A stretch of DNA of 64,000 bases, from positions 1 through 64,000 of IMG/VR virus record IMGVR_UViG_3300043446_003867; one strand, given 5' to 3'. The notes beneath the pieces are model-generated. The model saw nothing but the letters and a program-made list of their open reading frames with translations, ran no database searches and had not been told where the DNA came from. Shown one piece after another: positions 44,668-54,601 of this stretch (position 1 is the stretch's first letter; every line of letters starts with the position of its first letter). The stretch is from a virus. A program made the translations under genes and the position numbers.

Positions 44668-45003
44668 ATGGAAGTCGTGATGAAGTACGCGCTTGACCGC
44701 GTCGAAGTTGAGCAGACCTGGAAGACGATCAATGTGCGCAGCCGCGTGCAGAAGTGGGTGAAGAACGGCGCGGACGAGATGCTGGTGGAGCCGAACGCCG
44801 GTCTGCATCGCGTCGTGCTTAACCCTGGCGACTGGGCGGGCGCGGACAAGTGGGGCGTTCGTTCGTACGCCGACATCGCGTGGGGGGCGGACGTGATTTC
44901 GGCGTGGCAGGCGGAGCAGGAACGCATTCGCGCGCTTACGGCGGCGCGTGTGCAGGCGCCGGCGGCGGACACTCAGGCTGACGTGAGCGTCGTTCCGTCG
45001 TGA
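44668..45003 (+). CDS. putative tail fibre assembly protein
   Basis: small ORF directly after the fibre gene. Confidence 0.45.
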   Translation: MEVVMKYALDRVEVEQTWKTINVRSRVQKWVKNGADEMLVEPNAGLHRVVLNPGDWAGADKWGVRSYADIAWGADVISAWQAEQERIRALTAARVQAPAADTQADVSVVPS

Positions 45004-45251
45004 TTCGTTCGCTGAAAGTTCGCGCCGCGACGTGGCTCACGAAGCGATTGCTGAAGTTTTTGGCGTCGCAGACTGAGAAGGAAGTCGACGAGACGGAGGC
45101 GTTCCCGACGCCTCCGCAGTCGCCTTTGACGCAGGAATCTTGCGTGATGATGTACACGCCTCCCGCGCCGCGCGTTATGAAGACGGAAGCGGCGCCGCTC
45201 GCGGGTAGCGCGAGGGCGAGGGCGGAGCAGGCGCGAAAGAGGACCGTATGA
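45000..45251 (+). CDS. hypothetical protein
   Basis: 4-nt overlaps on both sides. Confidence 0.45.
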   Translation: MIRSLKVRAATWLTKRLLKFLASQTEKEVDETEAFPTPPQSPLTQESCVMMYTPPAPRVMKTEAAPLAGSARARAEQARKRTV

Positions 45252-47167
45252 GCAACGTGATGCAGATGGGCGCGAACTTGGTGATCGGTTCGTCGTTCGG
45301 GATCGACAACACGACCCTCGGGCCGGACTTCCGCGCGCGCACGCTGATCGATTCGGAACGTTACAAGGTGCTTGACCGCAAGGCGACGTACTATTCGTGC
45401 ACACAGCACGACTTCAAGAAGCACGACTTCGATGGTCGCGCGATTCCGGAAGGGAACCCGCTCCTTGGACAGCCGAATCTCGCGAGTGTTCAAGCCGATT
45501 GGTACGTACCGCTTCGCTCCCGACGACCGAGCGCCCCGTACCGTCTCGCTCGTGTCATCGTCGACTCGTTCACCAATCTCGTGTTCGGCTATCAGCGGTG
45601 GCCGACGATCCGTGTTCCTGGTGATAGCGATGCCGAAGAGTTCGTTCGCGCGCTAGTCGATGAGAGCGGGCTGCGCACGCTGATGATCCGTGCGCGAACG
45701 ATCGGAGGCTCGACGGGTAGCGTCGGGCTTTCGTGGCGGTTCTTCGCGGGCAAGCCGGTCGTGCAGGCGCACCAGCCGCGGTCGATCTACATTCACGAGT
45801 GGGAGGATCAGGATCGCCTGATCCCCGCGCACGTCATTGAGATCTATAAGTTCAGCCGCAACGAGTGGGATCCGCAGAAGCAAAAGTTCGTCGTGAACTG
45901 GTACTGGTTCCGGCGCGATTGGACGCTCAAGGCTGACATCACTTACAAGGAAGTGCGCTTCGATCAGGCGGTCGATCCCGAGTGGCAGATCGACGAGGAA
46001 GCCTCGCACGTTCACAACGATGGCTTCTGCCACTTCGTGTGGATTCAAAACCTCCCGACGGAGAACCCGGAGAGCATCGACGGCAACGCGGACTACGAAG
46101 GGCTCTACGAGAACTTCGACTCGATCGACTTGCTGCACAGCACGCTGATTCGCGGCACGACGTTGAACCTCGATCCGACGCTCGTGCTCAAGCTCGATCC
46201 CGACATCATCGAGCGCACGGGCTTGCGCAAGGGCACCGACAACGCGCTTGTTGTCGGGCAAGCAGGCGATGCACACTACATGGAGCTGCAAGGTTCTAGT
46301 GTTCAGGTCGGCACGCAGTTGTTCGCAAAGATGCGCGAAAGCACTCTCGAAGTCGCGCAGTGCGTCGTGCCCGACCCGAACCAGATTGGCGCGGCGGGTA
46401 CGTCCTCGGTGGCGTTGAAGGTCGTCTACGCGCCGATGCTTGGCAAGGCGGACATTCTCCGCGAGCAGTACGAACGCGGGTTGCTCGACCTGCTTACGCA
46501 GATGCTCAAGTCCGCGCGCAACGCCAACTCGAATCCGGTGATCCGCGAAGGTGAAAACGGCGAGATTGTCGAAGAACGTTACGTTCTCGATCTTCCGCCG
46601 CGGCTTGAGCGCCAAGATGTTCTCGACGACGAAGGGAATCCGACGGGCGAAAAAGAAGACGCTTTCGTCGATCAGACTCCGGGTGAAAGCAACCGCATCA
46701 CGTTTGACTGGGGCGATTATTTCCTACCAACGGCGCAGGATCAGCAACAAACGGCGACGACGCTTTCGCAACTCGTTGCCGGCGGTCTTCTCTCGCAAGA
46801 GAGCGGTGCTGATCTCGCCTCGCGTGTAGTCCGCATCGATCCGCGCGCCGAATGGGATCGTATTCAGCGCGAGCAGAAGGAAAAAGCGTCGCAGCAGTCG
46901 TCGATGTTTGGCGGCGATATGGGTGGTGCGCCACTTGGCGGCGATATGGGTGGTGCGCCGGAAGGCGCGGGCTTTGGTATCAAGGGCGGCATGGGTGGTC
47001 GCGTCGGTGCGGAGGACGAACTGCCACCGGGCGCGGAGCCGCGAAAGGCCGGAGCAAAGGCTCTGCGTGTGAATGAAGTTCGCGCGATGCTTGGGGAACC
47101 GTTGCTTGAAGGTGAAGAGGGCGATTTGACGCTGGAAGAGTATCGGCATCGGAAAGGGATCGCGTGA
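45248..47167 (+). CDS. portal protein (SPP1 gp6-like)
   Basis: size, position before the MuF-like gene, LARVIVD and SSVALK motifs. Confidence 0.8.
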   Translation: MSNVMQMGANLVIGSSFGIDNTTLGPDFRARTLIDSERYKVLDRKATYYSCTQHDFKKHDFDGRAIPEGNPLLGQPNLASVQADWYVPLRSRRPSAPYRLARVIVDSFTNLVFGYQRWPTIRVPGDSDAEEFVRALVDESGLRTLMIRARTIGGSTGSVGLSWRFFAGKPVVQAHQPRSIYIHEWEDQDRLIPAHVIEIYKFSRNEWDPQKQKFVVNWYWFRRDWTLKADITYKEVRFDQAVDPEWQIDEEASHVHNDGFCHFVWIQNLPTENPESIDGNADYEGLYENFDSIDLLHSTLIRGTTLNLDPTLVLKLDPDIIERTGLRKGTDNALVVGQAGDAHYMELQGSSVQVGTQLFAKMRESTLEVAQCVVPDPNQIGAAGTSSVALKVVYAPMLGKADILREQYERGLLDLLTQMLKSARNANSNPVIREGENGEIVEERYVLDLPPRLERQDVLDDEGNPTGEKEDAFVDQTPGESNRITFDWGDYFLPTAQDQQQTATTLSQLVAGGLLSQESGADLASRVVRIDPRAEWDRIQREQKEKASQQSSMFGGDMGGAPLGGDMGGAPEGAGFGIKGGMGGRVGAEDELPPGAEPRKAGAKALRVNEVRAMLGEPLLEGEEGDLTLEEYRHRKGIA

Positions 47168-48195
47168 AGCGACTCTCACAAGCGATGTTGATCGACCGAC
47201 GGCAAGCGTTCGCGCTTGCCGATCGCGTTGGTAAACGCGAAGTGGAGCGCATGATGAAAGATGCGGCGGACGAGCTACGCGCGCGCATCTCGTCCAACAT
47301 CGCGACAAGCAGCACGACGCCAACGTCGATTCGTGAAATGCGGGAGACGCTTGCGCAGCTTGAAGGCGTGACAAAGGCGCTATCGCGGCGGGTGGGACGA
47401 ACGACACTCGGGATGGCCGGTGAGGCGGCGGAAGTCGCGGCGAGTGCGGTGTTTGATTATATGGAGGACGCGAATCGCGCGTACATGGGGCGGCCGCTCG
47501 GATTGCGCGAAGCGAGCGTGCTCACCGAAGCAGTGTCCGGCACGAATGCGTCGGTACTTCGACGACTCGCGTCGACCGAGTCGCAGATCGAAGACGTGAT
47601 GGCGGATCCCGACGCAGCGGAAGTTGCACCGCGTATGAATGCGGAGGGCGGCGTGCTCTCGCGGTATTCAATGGAGACGATCGGTGTCTTTGAAGACACA
47701 CTTCGCAACGGCATGATCACGGGAAAACCGTGGGGTGACGTGCGGCAGGAGTTGATCGACAAATCGCCATTCCTGCAAGGCGCGCCGCGTTTCTGGGCGG
47801 AACGCATCATCCGTACGGAGACGATGACTGCTTACAATCGCGCGGGATGGGAGACGATTCGCGAAGCTGACGATGAGCTTGGCGACATGACGAAGATCCT
47901 GAGTGCGACGTTCGACAACCGGACGGGATGGGATAGCTACCAAGTTCACGGGCAGATTCGGCGACCCGACGAGGCGTTCCAGTGGGCAGGTGGGTTCTAT
48001 CAGCATCCGGCGAACCGCCCGAACGATCGCGAAGTCGTCGTACCGCATCGCATTTCGTGGCCGATCCCGGATGAATTGTCGTGGCGCAGCGACGCGGAAG
48101 TTGTCGCAGCATGGCAGCGGGATCGGAGGAAGGGCGCTCCTCCGCCGCGTCCGAAGATGACGACGATCGACTTGAAACGATTCGGACGCGGCTGA
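47164..48195 (+). CDS. MuF / SPP1 gp7-like minor head protein (short form)
   Basis: AERIIRTET..AYN, D.RT...HGQ, HPANRPNDR; no toxin extension. Confidence 0.85.
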   Translation: MKRLSQAMLIDRRQAFALADRVGKREVERMMKDAADELRARISSNIATSSTTPTSIREMRETLAQLEGVTKALSRRVGRTTLGMAGEAAEVAASAVFDYMEDANRAYMGRPLGLREASVLTEAVSGTNASVLRRLASTESQIEDVMADPDAAEVAPRMNAEGGVLSRYSMETIGVFEDTLRNGMITGKPWGDVRQELIDKSPFLQGAPRFWAERIIRTETMTAYNRAGWETIREADDELGDMTKILSATFDNRTGWDSYQVHGQIRRPDEAFQWAGGFYQHPANRPNDREVVVPHRISWPIPDELSWRSDAEVVAAWQRDRRKGAPPPRPKMTTIDLKRFGRG

Positions 48196-48244
48196 TTGCT
48201 TGCGCCACATCTCATTCGCGCGCTACGGTACGCGCGGAGGCAAC

Positions 48245-48550
48245 ATGGCGAAGCCGTTCAAGCTCAGTGGCAGCAGTGGTACCGGACCGGCGCGTGACAG
48301 CGGTGGTCGTTTCTTGCGTGCCGCGCTTCCGGGCGAACTCGTGACGAAGTATCCCGCGGAGAAGGGCTTCACCGACAACGAGGCGCTGCGTGCGCTTCGT
48401 GTTCCCGATCGGATGGTTGGTGAAGGCAAGCCGAAGAACGTCGCTGGTCCTGGCGCAACGGCGCCCGCGCCTGTATACCCGGATGCGCTTCCGTGGCCGA
48501 AGGCGGAACCGTTCAACGACGCGAACAAAGTCCCCTTCAAGTTCCGATGA
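48245..48550 (+). CDS. small basic head-region protein
   Basis: SD GGAGG. Confidence 0.65.
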   Translation: MAKPFKLSGSSGTGPARDSGGRFLRAALPGELVTKYPAEKGFTDNEALRALRVPDRMVGEGKPKNVAGPGATAPAPVYPDALPWPKAEPFNDANKVPFKFR

Positions 48551-48559
48551 GGTAATACG

Positions 48560-48922
48560 ATGGCTGAAGCGAAGACGCCGGGCGATGGCAAGACCTCGCC
48601 CTTTGGCAACGGTTCCGGAAAAGGCACGAACACAGGAGCATCGACGATGGCTAACTCGACGGCGGGCGCGAACCCCGGCAAGAACGGCAACAACTTCCTC
48701 ACGAACCCCTCGGGCAACTCCCCGGCGGGTGCGAAGCCGACCGACTTCACGCGCGCCAAGGTTGCGACGCAGAAGTCGGGTCAGGCTGCGGACATCAACG
48801 CGCAGTCGGCCATCAAGGACAAGGGTCAGCTCGTTCCTCTCGCGGACGTCACCAGCGGTCCGCGCAAGGAAATGGTCGGCGCGGGTTCCATCGGCGACAG
48901 CCGCAAGCCGTTCAAGCTCTGA
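48560..48922 (+). CDS. low-complexity G/N/T-rich head-region protein
   Basis: SD GAGGT. Confidence 0.65.
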   Translation: MAEAKTPGDGKTSPFGNGSGKGTNTGASTMANSTAGANPGKNGNNFLTNPSGNSPAGAKPTDFTRAKVATQKSGQAADINAQSAIKDKGQLVPLADVTSGPRKEMVGAGSIGDSRKPFKL

Positions 48923-48928
48923 TCCATC

Positions 48929-49351
48929 ATGGGCCAGCTTGCCATCAGCGGAACCGTAATCGGCGGACCAGTCACGGTCGGCGCCGCGTTCGGTTTTCCG
49001 CAAGCGATGTTCACGACGCAGCTCGCTACGACGCCGTCGCCGAAGCCGTTCTCGGCGGCGTCGGGCGTGCTGACGCGACGCCTCGCGACGGTGCCGCCAG
49101 CGTGGGCAACGCTTACGGGCGTTGGTCCCACCGACACGGTGCAGCGAGGCGATACGCTTTACCTGCGCAGCGATTCGCAGGTGCTTCTGCGCTTGTCGCA
49201 GGTTGATCCGCTCAATCCGAGCGGACCTGCGCTCACGCGCGAAGTCTACGTGCAGGGCCTTTTCATCTGCGAGTTCCCGCAATCCTCGTTGCTGGTGTTG
49301 CTGGAGGCGCAGGGTTCTGCAACCATCGAGTACCTCATTACGGGTCAGTAG
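48929..49351 (+). CDS. putative structural protein
   Basis: operon position, beta-rich. Confidence 0.6.
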   Translation: MGQLAISGTVIGGPVTVGAAFGFPQAMFTTQLATTPSPKPFSAASGVLTRRLATVPPAWATLTGVGPTDTVQRGDTLYLRSDSQVLLRLSQVDPLNPSGPALTREVYVQGLFICEFPQSSLLVLLEAQGSATIEYLITGQ

Positions 49352-49363
49352 GAGTTCACAGTC

Positions 49364-50038
49364 ATGTCGGAAACGATCAAGCAATCTCTCAACCGCGCGG
49401 ATCTCAACACGCTCGCGGACCAGCTTCGCACCCTCGCCTTCGGCGACATCGTCGCTTCGCTCCCGACGACGCTTCGTCAGAGCGCGGCTGCGGTGGGTTC
49501 GTTCGTGGATCCGGCGACCAACTTCGTCGTGTCCGCGCAGGATGCGGACACCCCCGCGTGCGCGGTGCTCTACGCTTCGGCTCGCGCGGGTGCGGGTACT
49601 CCCGGCGTCCTCACCATCGTTGCGTACGGCTCCGTGCCCGCGGCTGGTGAGATCTGCGTCGCGCCGAACGGCCAGCTTGTGACGGCGACCGCCGACGCGT
49701 GGACCGATCTTGACGTGGTCTTCGTGCCTGAGAAGGGCACGATCGTTGAGGTGACGGCGAACGTGTCCGCGAACACGCTTACCCTTCCGACCAACGTGAC
49801 CACGGTCGGCGCGTGCACCCTCATGGAATGCACCGTCCTCACCGGTGGTTCCGTCGGCGCGAAGTTCGTTGAGCTTCCGGGCACCGCTCCGGCGGCTGGC
49901 TCGGCGGCGCTCAACGCGGCCAAGACCACTGTCGCGTTCAACGCTGGCGACGCGGTCACCAGCGCGACGGTCAAGTTGCTCGTGTCGTCGTCGGTCGACG
50001 TCGCGGCTCTGCTCGCTTCCACGAGCAGCTTCGTCTGA
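49364..50038 (+). CDS. putative head decoration / structural protein
   Basis: SD AGGAG, A/T/V-rich. Confidence 0.6.
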   Translation: MSETIKQSLNRADLNTLADQLRTLAFGDIVASLPTTLRQSAAAVGSFVDPATNFVVSAQDADTPACAVLYASARAGAGTPGVLTIVAYGSVPAAGEICVAPNGQLVTATADAWTDLDVVFVPEKGTIVEVTANVSANTLTLPTNVTTVGACTLMECTVLTGGSVGAKFVELPGTAPAAGSAALNAAKTTVAFNAGDAVTSATVKLLVSSSVDVAALLASTSSFV

Positions 50039-50067
50039 TCAACTGAGGTAAGGGAGTAACCTCGCAC

Positions 50068-50895
50068 ATGAACGGTATGGACCAAGCCACCACCACCGAG
50101 GTCACGGGGACGCCCGTGACCGCATCTGTTTCCACGACGGGCACCGCGCCCGTCACGACTGCCGTTGGTACTGCTACGGGCGAGTCGTTTGCGACGAAGA
50201 AGGCCGAACCGGCGACCGCACAGGCGGCGGAACCCAAGGCGACCAAGCGCGCAACGAAGCTCTCGCTCTCGCAGCAGGACTTCAACGAACGCATCAAGCG
50301 CGCGAAGACGAGCGCGTTCAAGGATGCGTTCGGCACCGACGACGTCGATAGTATCAAGCAGCGTCTCGCTCGCGCCGAGGAGCTGGAGGCGCAAGCCGAG
50401 GAGGCGCGCGTCGCTCGTATGAGTGAAGTGCAGCGTGTGAAGTACGAAGCGGATCGTGCGCGCCGAGAGGCGCAACAGTATCGCGCGCAGGTTGAAGAGA
50501 TGCGCGAGCGCGAAGTGGTTCGCGATCAGCAGTCCTTCGTGGAGCGCGTTGCATCGCGACACGTCAATCCGGTTTACATGGAGGAGGCGTCGATCGCCTT
50601 CGCTCGTGAAGTCGCGAAGGCGGATCCCCGTGAAGTTGCTCGCTGGACTGAGAAGGACGTTAGCCGTTGGTTCGCGAGCTACGTCGCGAAGAAGCCCGCG
50701 TTCGCCGCGTCGCCGAACGCGCGTAAGATTGAGAAGAAAATCGCGAGCGCGCCCACGCCGCCGCCGCGCCCCGCTCGCCCTGCGACTCCGAGTGGGTCGG
50801 CGGTTCCGAGCAAGACGTTCAAGCCGGGTCAGCCGAACAGCATGACGCGCGAAGAAGCGCGAGCAGAAGCGAAGCGACGCGGTTACACTTGGTGA
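50068..50895 (+). CDS. putative capsid scaffolding protein
   Basis: coiled coil, low-complexity ends, directly upstream of the capsid gene. Confidence 0.65.
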   Translation: MNGMDQATTTEVTGTPVTASVSTTGTAPVTTAVGTATGESFATKKAEPATAQAAEPKATKRATKLSLSQQDFNERIKRAKTSAFKDAFGTDDVDSIKQRLARAEELEAQAEEARVARMSEVQRVKYEADRARREAQQYRAQVEEMREREVVRDQQSFVERVASRHVNPVYMEEASIAFAREVAKADPREVARWTEKDVSRWFASYVAKKPAFAASPNARKIEKKIASAPTPPPRPARPATPSGSAVPSKTFKPGQPNSMTREEARAEAKRRGYTW

Positions 50896-51016
50896 TGTTC
50901 TAACGTCGATGATCTCGACACCGACGCTCACGCTACGCTGGCGGTCAACAGCGGTTTCAAGCGACGGGCAGAGATAAGACGACATAAAGTCAGTCAGTCA
51001 GTCAGGAGAAAGATCA

Positions 51017-52405
51017 ATGCCTCTCGTTCTTGGTATTCCCCCCAGTGTTGTGAAGCTCGTGCAGGAAGGTCTGCTTGAGCGCGCGTTCCACGATGGCCTC
51101 TTCCCGGCGCTCCAGTACCGCCAGGAAGCGCTCGTCGAAGAGTGGCCGGCCAACACCGGCAACGAACTCTTCATGAGCCGTCCGGGCCTCCTCGCGCCCG
51201 TGACGAAGCCGCTCCAGCCGGGCACCGACCCGAGCCCGCAGGCGGTGAACTACGAGCAGTGGACCGCGGTGCTCAACCGCTTCAGCGGTACCATCGACAC
51301 GAACATGCCGACGAGCGCGACCGCTTCGTCGAACCTGTTCCTCCGCAACATCCACCAGCTGGGCCTCCAGGCTGGTCAGTCGCTCAACCGCATCCCGCGT
51401 AACTCGCTGTTCAAGGCGTACCTCTCGGGCCAGACGCTCACCATCGCGGCGGGCGTTGCGGGCGACACGACGATCCGCGTTGCGGCTCTCAACGGCTTCA
51501 CCACGGTCGTCATCCCGTCGTCGACGGTGCGTCCGGTCCCGGTGTCTCCGGCGACCCCGCTCACGGTGACGATCTCGGGTGTCACCGGCACCCGCAACGT
51601 CGTCGGCTTCACCCCGGACAACCCGGACGATCCCGATGGTCCCGGCACCCTTCAGCTCAGCGCGGCTCTCGGCGGCGCTGGTGTTGCGAACCGCGCTCCG
51701 GTCATCTCGTCGGCGGCTCCGCTCGTCATCCGCAGCGGTGGCGGCATCTCGGTCGACGCGCTCAACGCGGGTGACGTGTTCACCCTTCAGGACGCGATCA
51801 ACGCCGTCAACAAGCTCCGCCGCAACAACGTGCCCCCGCACGAGGACGGCTACTACCACGCGCACATCAGCCCCGACGGCAACGCGCAGGTCTTCACCGA
51901 TCCGGCGTTCCAGCGCCTCAACACCGCCCTCCCGGATTATCATATCTACCACGAGGGCTTCATCGGCACGATCGCCGGCATCATGTTCTTCATGAACACC
52001 GAGTCGCCGGATCGCAACAACGTCGGCACGCTCATCTCGACGGGTGCGAACTCGCTCTACGGCGAGGACATCGGTTCCGAAGTCGTCAACGCAGCGGGCG
52101 TCAACGTCGGCCGCATCCTCATCACGGGCCGTGGCGCTCTCTACGAGAAGTGGCTCCCCGGCACGAACTTCGTCTCTGAGGCTGGCATCACCGGCAAGAT
52201 GGGCGAGTTCGACATCGTCAACGGCGGCATCAACGTGCAGACGGAGCGCATCGACCTGATCCTCCGCGCGCCGCTGAACCGCCTCCAGGACACCGTGGCT
52301 GCGACGTGGCAGATCAGCACGTCGTTCCCGGTTCCGAGCGACATCACCTCGGGCACGGGTCCGGAGCGCTTCAAGCGCGCCGTCGTGATCGAGCACGCGC
52401 TCTGA
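51017..52405 (+). CDS. major capsid protein
   Basis: 462 aa, strong SD, strongly biased codons, follows scaffold, followed by a terminator. Confidence 0.8.
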   Translation: MPLVLGIPPSVVKLVQEGLLERAFHDGLFPALQYRQEALVEEWPANTGNELFMSRPGLLAPVTKPLQPGTDPSPQAVNYEQWTAVLNRFSGTIDTNMPTSATASSNLFLRNIHQLGLQAGQSLNRIPRNSLFKAYLSGQTLTIAAGVAGDTTIRVAALNGFTTVVIPSSTVRPVPVSPATPLTVTISGVTGTRNVVGFTPDNPDDPDGPGTLQLSAALGGAGVANRAPVISSAAPLVIRSGGGISVDALNAGDVFTLQDAINAVNKLRRNNVPPHEDGYYHAHISPDGNAQVFTDPAFQRLNTALPDYHIYHEGFIGTIAGIMFFMNTESPDRNNVGTLISTGANSLYGEDIGSEVVNAAGVNVGRILITGRGALYEKWLPGTNFVSEAGITGKMGEFDIVNGGINVQTERIDLILRAPLNRLQDTVAATWQISTSFPVPSDITSGTGPERFKRAVVIEHAL

Positions 52406-52419
52406 TCGTTGCGGTATAG

Positions 52420-52453
52420 AGAAGGGCGAGCCTCGAAAGGGGCTCGCTCTTTT
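52420..52453 (+). terminator. intrinsic terminator after capsid gene
   Basis: GGGCGAGCCTC-GAAA-GGGGCTCGCTC followed by TTTT. Confidence 0.85.
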
Positions 52454-52546
52454 CGTTAGAAGTCATGCTATTCATCGTGACGCAGGGTCGCCGTAACCTT
52501 CCCCGAGTGCCCCCCCTCGGAACGCATCGCGGCGACCCTGCACTTC

Positions 52547-53509
52547 ATGGGATGGTGCAAGATGCGGCAGACGTCATTGATTACATGGGCGCGAGCAACC
52601 AGCGGCTTCGGCGACAAGCGATCCGGCAAAACCGAGTTCTCGTCGCAACAGGCGTTGCAAACGTATTTGCGCCAGCATCCGAAGGCGGACGCAAGCAAGC
52701 ACTCCGTCGTGCAGCAAAAGCAGCAGCAGGCGCAGAAGGAAGAACCGTCTCGCAAGACTGCGCAGAGCCACGGGCATGCGGTCAGCGAGAAGGCGCGTGC
52801 GGAAACCAAGTCCAAGATCGAAACGCTCGCAAAGCAGGGGAAGGTCGCAGGTAGCTACGACGCGCTCCACAAAGAGGGCGTTGAGTTTTTGAAGAAGCAC
52901 GCGGCGGGTCTTCCGGCGTCGAAGTCGGCGCTCACGGAGTTGTCCGCAGACCTTGGCGGCAAGGTGTCGGGGCGTACGAAGGAGATCGATTCGGCGCTCA
53001 ACAAGGTTGTGCTGAAGCACAAGGGGAACGATCCGAGTCGCCCCGAGAAGGGTTACTCCAAGGTGTCGGAACTTGCGGACGGCGCGGGTCTTCGATGCAT
53101 TGTAAACTCACCGAAGGACGTGCTCACGGTCGTTGATCGGTTGAAGAAGGATCCTCGCTTTGAGAACATCTCGAAGGACGAGGAGGATTACATCACCAAG
53201 CCCAAGGGCGGGTATCGCTCGTACCACCTTGTCATGCGCGACAAGCGCGATGGGCTGTTGAAGGAATTTCAGATCCGGACGCCTCGGCAGAATACGTGGG
53301 GCGATTGGTGTCACGACGTCTACAAGCCGCAGAACGCGTTGCAGATGGCGACGATGAAGGATCCGCTCGCGAAGCGCGAAGTGCTCGCGTACGCCGAGAA
53401 GATGTCGGATCGTTACTTCGACATGGATAGCGGGAAGAAGCCGCGCGGGTCGGCACCGCCTTGTACGCCCGCCATCAAAAAGTCGTTCGGGTGTCTGCCC
53501 GATAAGTAG
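52547..53509 (+). CDS. RelA/SpoT-domain small alarmone synthetase-like protein with N-terminal extension (start uncertain)
   Basis: GRTK..DS...K, LADGAGLR, DYITKPK.GYRSYH, EFQIRT..Q..W...H..YK. Confidence 0.9.
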   Translation: MGWCKMRQTSLITWARATSGFGDKRSGKTEFSSQQALQTYLRQHPKADASKHSVVQQKQQQAQKEEPSRKTAQSHGHAVSEKARAETKSKIETLAKQGKVAGSYDALHKEGVEFLKKHAAGLPASKSALTELSADLGGKVSGRTKEIDSALNKVVLKHKGNDPSRPEKGYSKVSELADGAGLRCIVNSPKDVLTVVDRLKKDPRFENISKDEEDYITKPKGGYRSYHLVMRDKRDGLLKEFQIRTPRQNTWGDWCHDVYKPQNALQMATMKDPLAKREVLAYAEKMSDRYFDMDSGKKPRGSAPPCTPAIKKSFGCLPDK

Positions 53510-53520
53510 GAGCGAAAACC

Positions 53521-53754
53521 ATGGCTGACAAATCGTGGGTTGAGCGGTCGAGTGAAGCGATTGAGCGCTTCATGCCGAAGGCTGGCGAGGGGTTCAACGT
53601 CGTTGCGGTCGATGCGTACGAGGAACCCGGCGACGAGTTGTACCTAGTCGGTAACTTCGAGAGCGAAGCCGAGGCAGAGGAAGCGGCGGCAGCGCATACG
53701 AAGCGCAGCGGCGATAAGGCGTACGTGTACGCGCCGGAAACGTTGAGGCGTTGA
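53521..53754 (+). CDS. small acidic protein, candidate antitoxin/immunity
   Basis: SD AGGAG; directly downstream of the synthetase; role inferred. Confidence 0.55.
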   Translation: MADKSWVERSSEAIERFMPKAGEGFNVVAVDAYEEPGDELYLVGNFESEAEAEEAAAAHTKRSGDKAYVYAPETLRR

Positions 53755-53755
53755 G

Positions 53756-54598
53756 ATGCCACTCAAAAAGGGTTCTAGCGACGAAACGATTGGCGCCAAC
53801 ATCGGTAAGTTGGTCGGAGAAGGCTACCCGCAGAAGCAGGCTGTAGCGATCGCCTACAAGGAGGCGGGTCGCAGCAAGTCTGGTTCGGAATGCGTTGCGT
53901 GCTCGACGAAGAGTGCGCGTGGCAAGTGCGTGAAGTGCGAAAGCGGTCGCGGCGCTCTGGTGACGTGGGCTCGCTCGGTGAGCGGCATGGGTCGCAGTGG
54001 CAAGGCAGAGTTCTCTTCGCAACAGGCGTTGCAGAGCTACCTTCGCCAGCATCCGAAGGCTGACGCGAGCAAGCATAGCGTTGCGCAGGCGGCGACGAAG
54101 TCGGCTGCGCCGCAAGAGGCCAAGCCCGAGGTTCACCCGGAGTTTTCCAAGTTCGTCTCTACGCTGTACCCGGCTATTGCGGCGGGTCATCTATCCGGAC
54201 CCGATTCTCTGAAACTCATGGCGAAGCATCCGCACGCTCCTGCCGGGTTCGAGAAACATCTGGAGGGCGACGCGAGCAAGCATAGCGTGACGGGCGGAGA
54301 GCAGCCGAAACTCGCCGAGGCACGTCCGTCGATTAAGCGCGCGTCGACGAGTCGCTTTCAGGATCCGAAGGGGCCGATGAAGTGGCGGGCTGGCGACGAT
54401 TCTAGCAAGTACATTCACACGCTTGATGGAACGTACAATTGGACGCCTTCAACTGGGCATCTCTCGTTCATTTCAAATAAGAACGGGCGGCGCACCGTTC
54501 TTTCCAAGGATCTTAATCCACGGCGCACTGGCGGATTTCACGATATGAAAAACGAAGAGCAAGCCATGGAGCGCGTCAAGCAACACGCGAATAGGTGA
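53756..54598 (+). CDS. modular head-region protein
   Basis: MPLKKG...QKQAVAIA N-terminus; ~42-aa segment shared with the synthetase. Confidence 0.7.
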   Translation: MPLKKGSSDETIGANIGKLVGEGYPQKQAVAIAYKEAGRSKSGSECVACSTKSARGKCVKCESGRGALVTWARSVSGMGRSGKAEFSSQQALQSYLRQHPKADASKHSVAQAATKSAAPQEAKPEVHPEFSKFVSTLYPAIAAGHLSGPDSLKLMAKHPHAPAGFEKHLEGDASKHSVTGGEQPKLAEARPSIKRASTSRFQDPKGPMKWRAGDDSSKYIHTLDGTYNWTPSTGHLSFISNKNGRRTVLSKDLNPRRTGGFHDMKNEEQAMERVKQHANR

Positions 54599-54601
54599 GC
54601 C

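Noticed and set aside
46908-46959. 27-bp-period tandem repeat (GGDMGGAP x2) in the portal tail
   Set aside because: Ordinary low-complexity linker duplication.
50989-51004. (GTCA)4 just before the capsid SD
   Set aside because: Single short microsatellite; no evidence for phase variation or function.
52577-54082. Duplicated segment as a DGR template/variable repeat pair
   Set aside because: Differences are mostly synonymous rather than adenine-specific, both copies are coding, and no reverse transcriptase is present.
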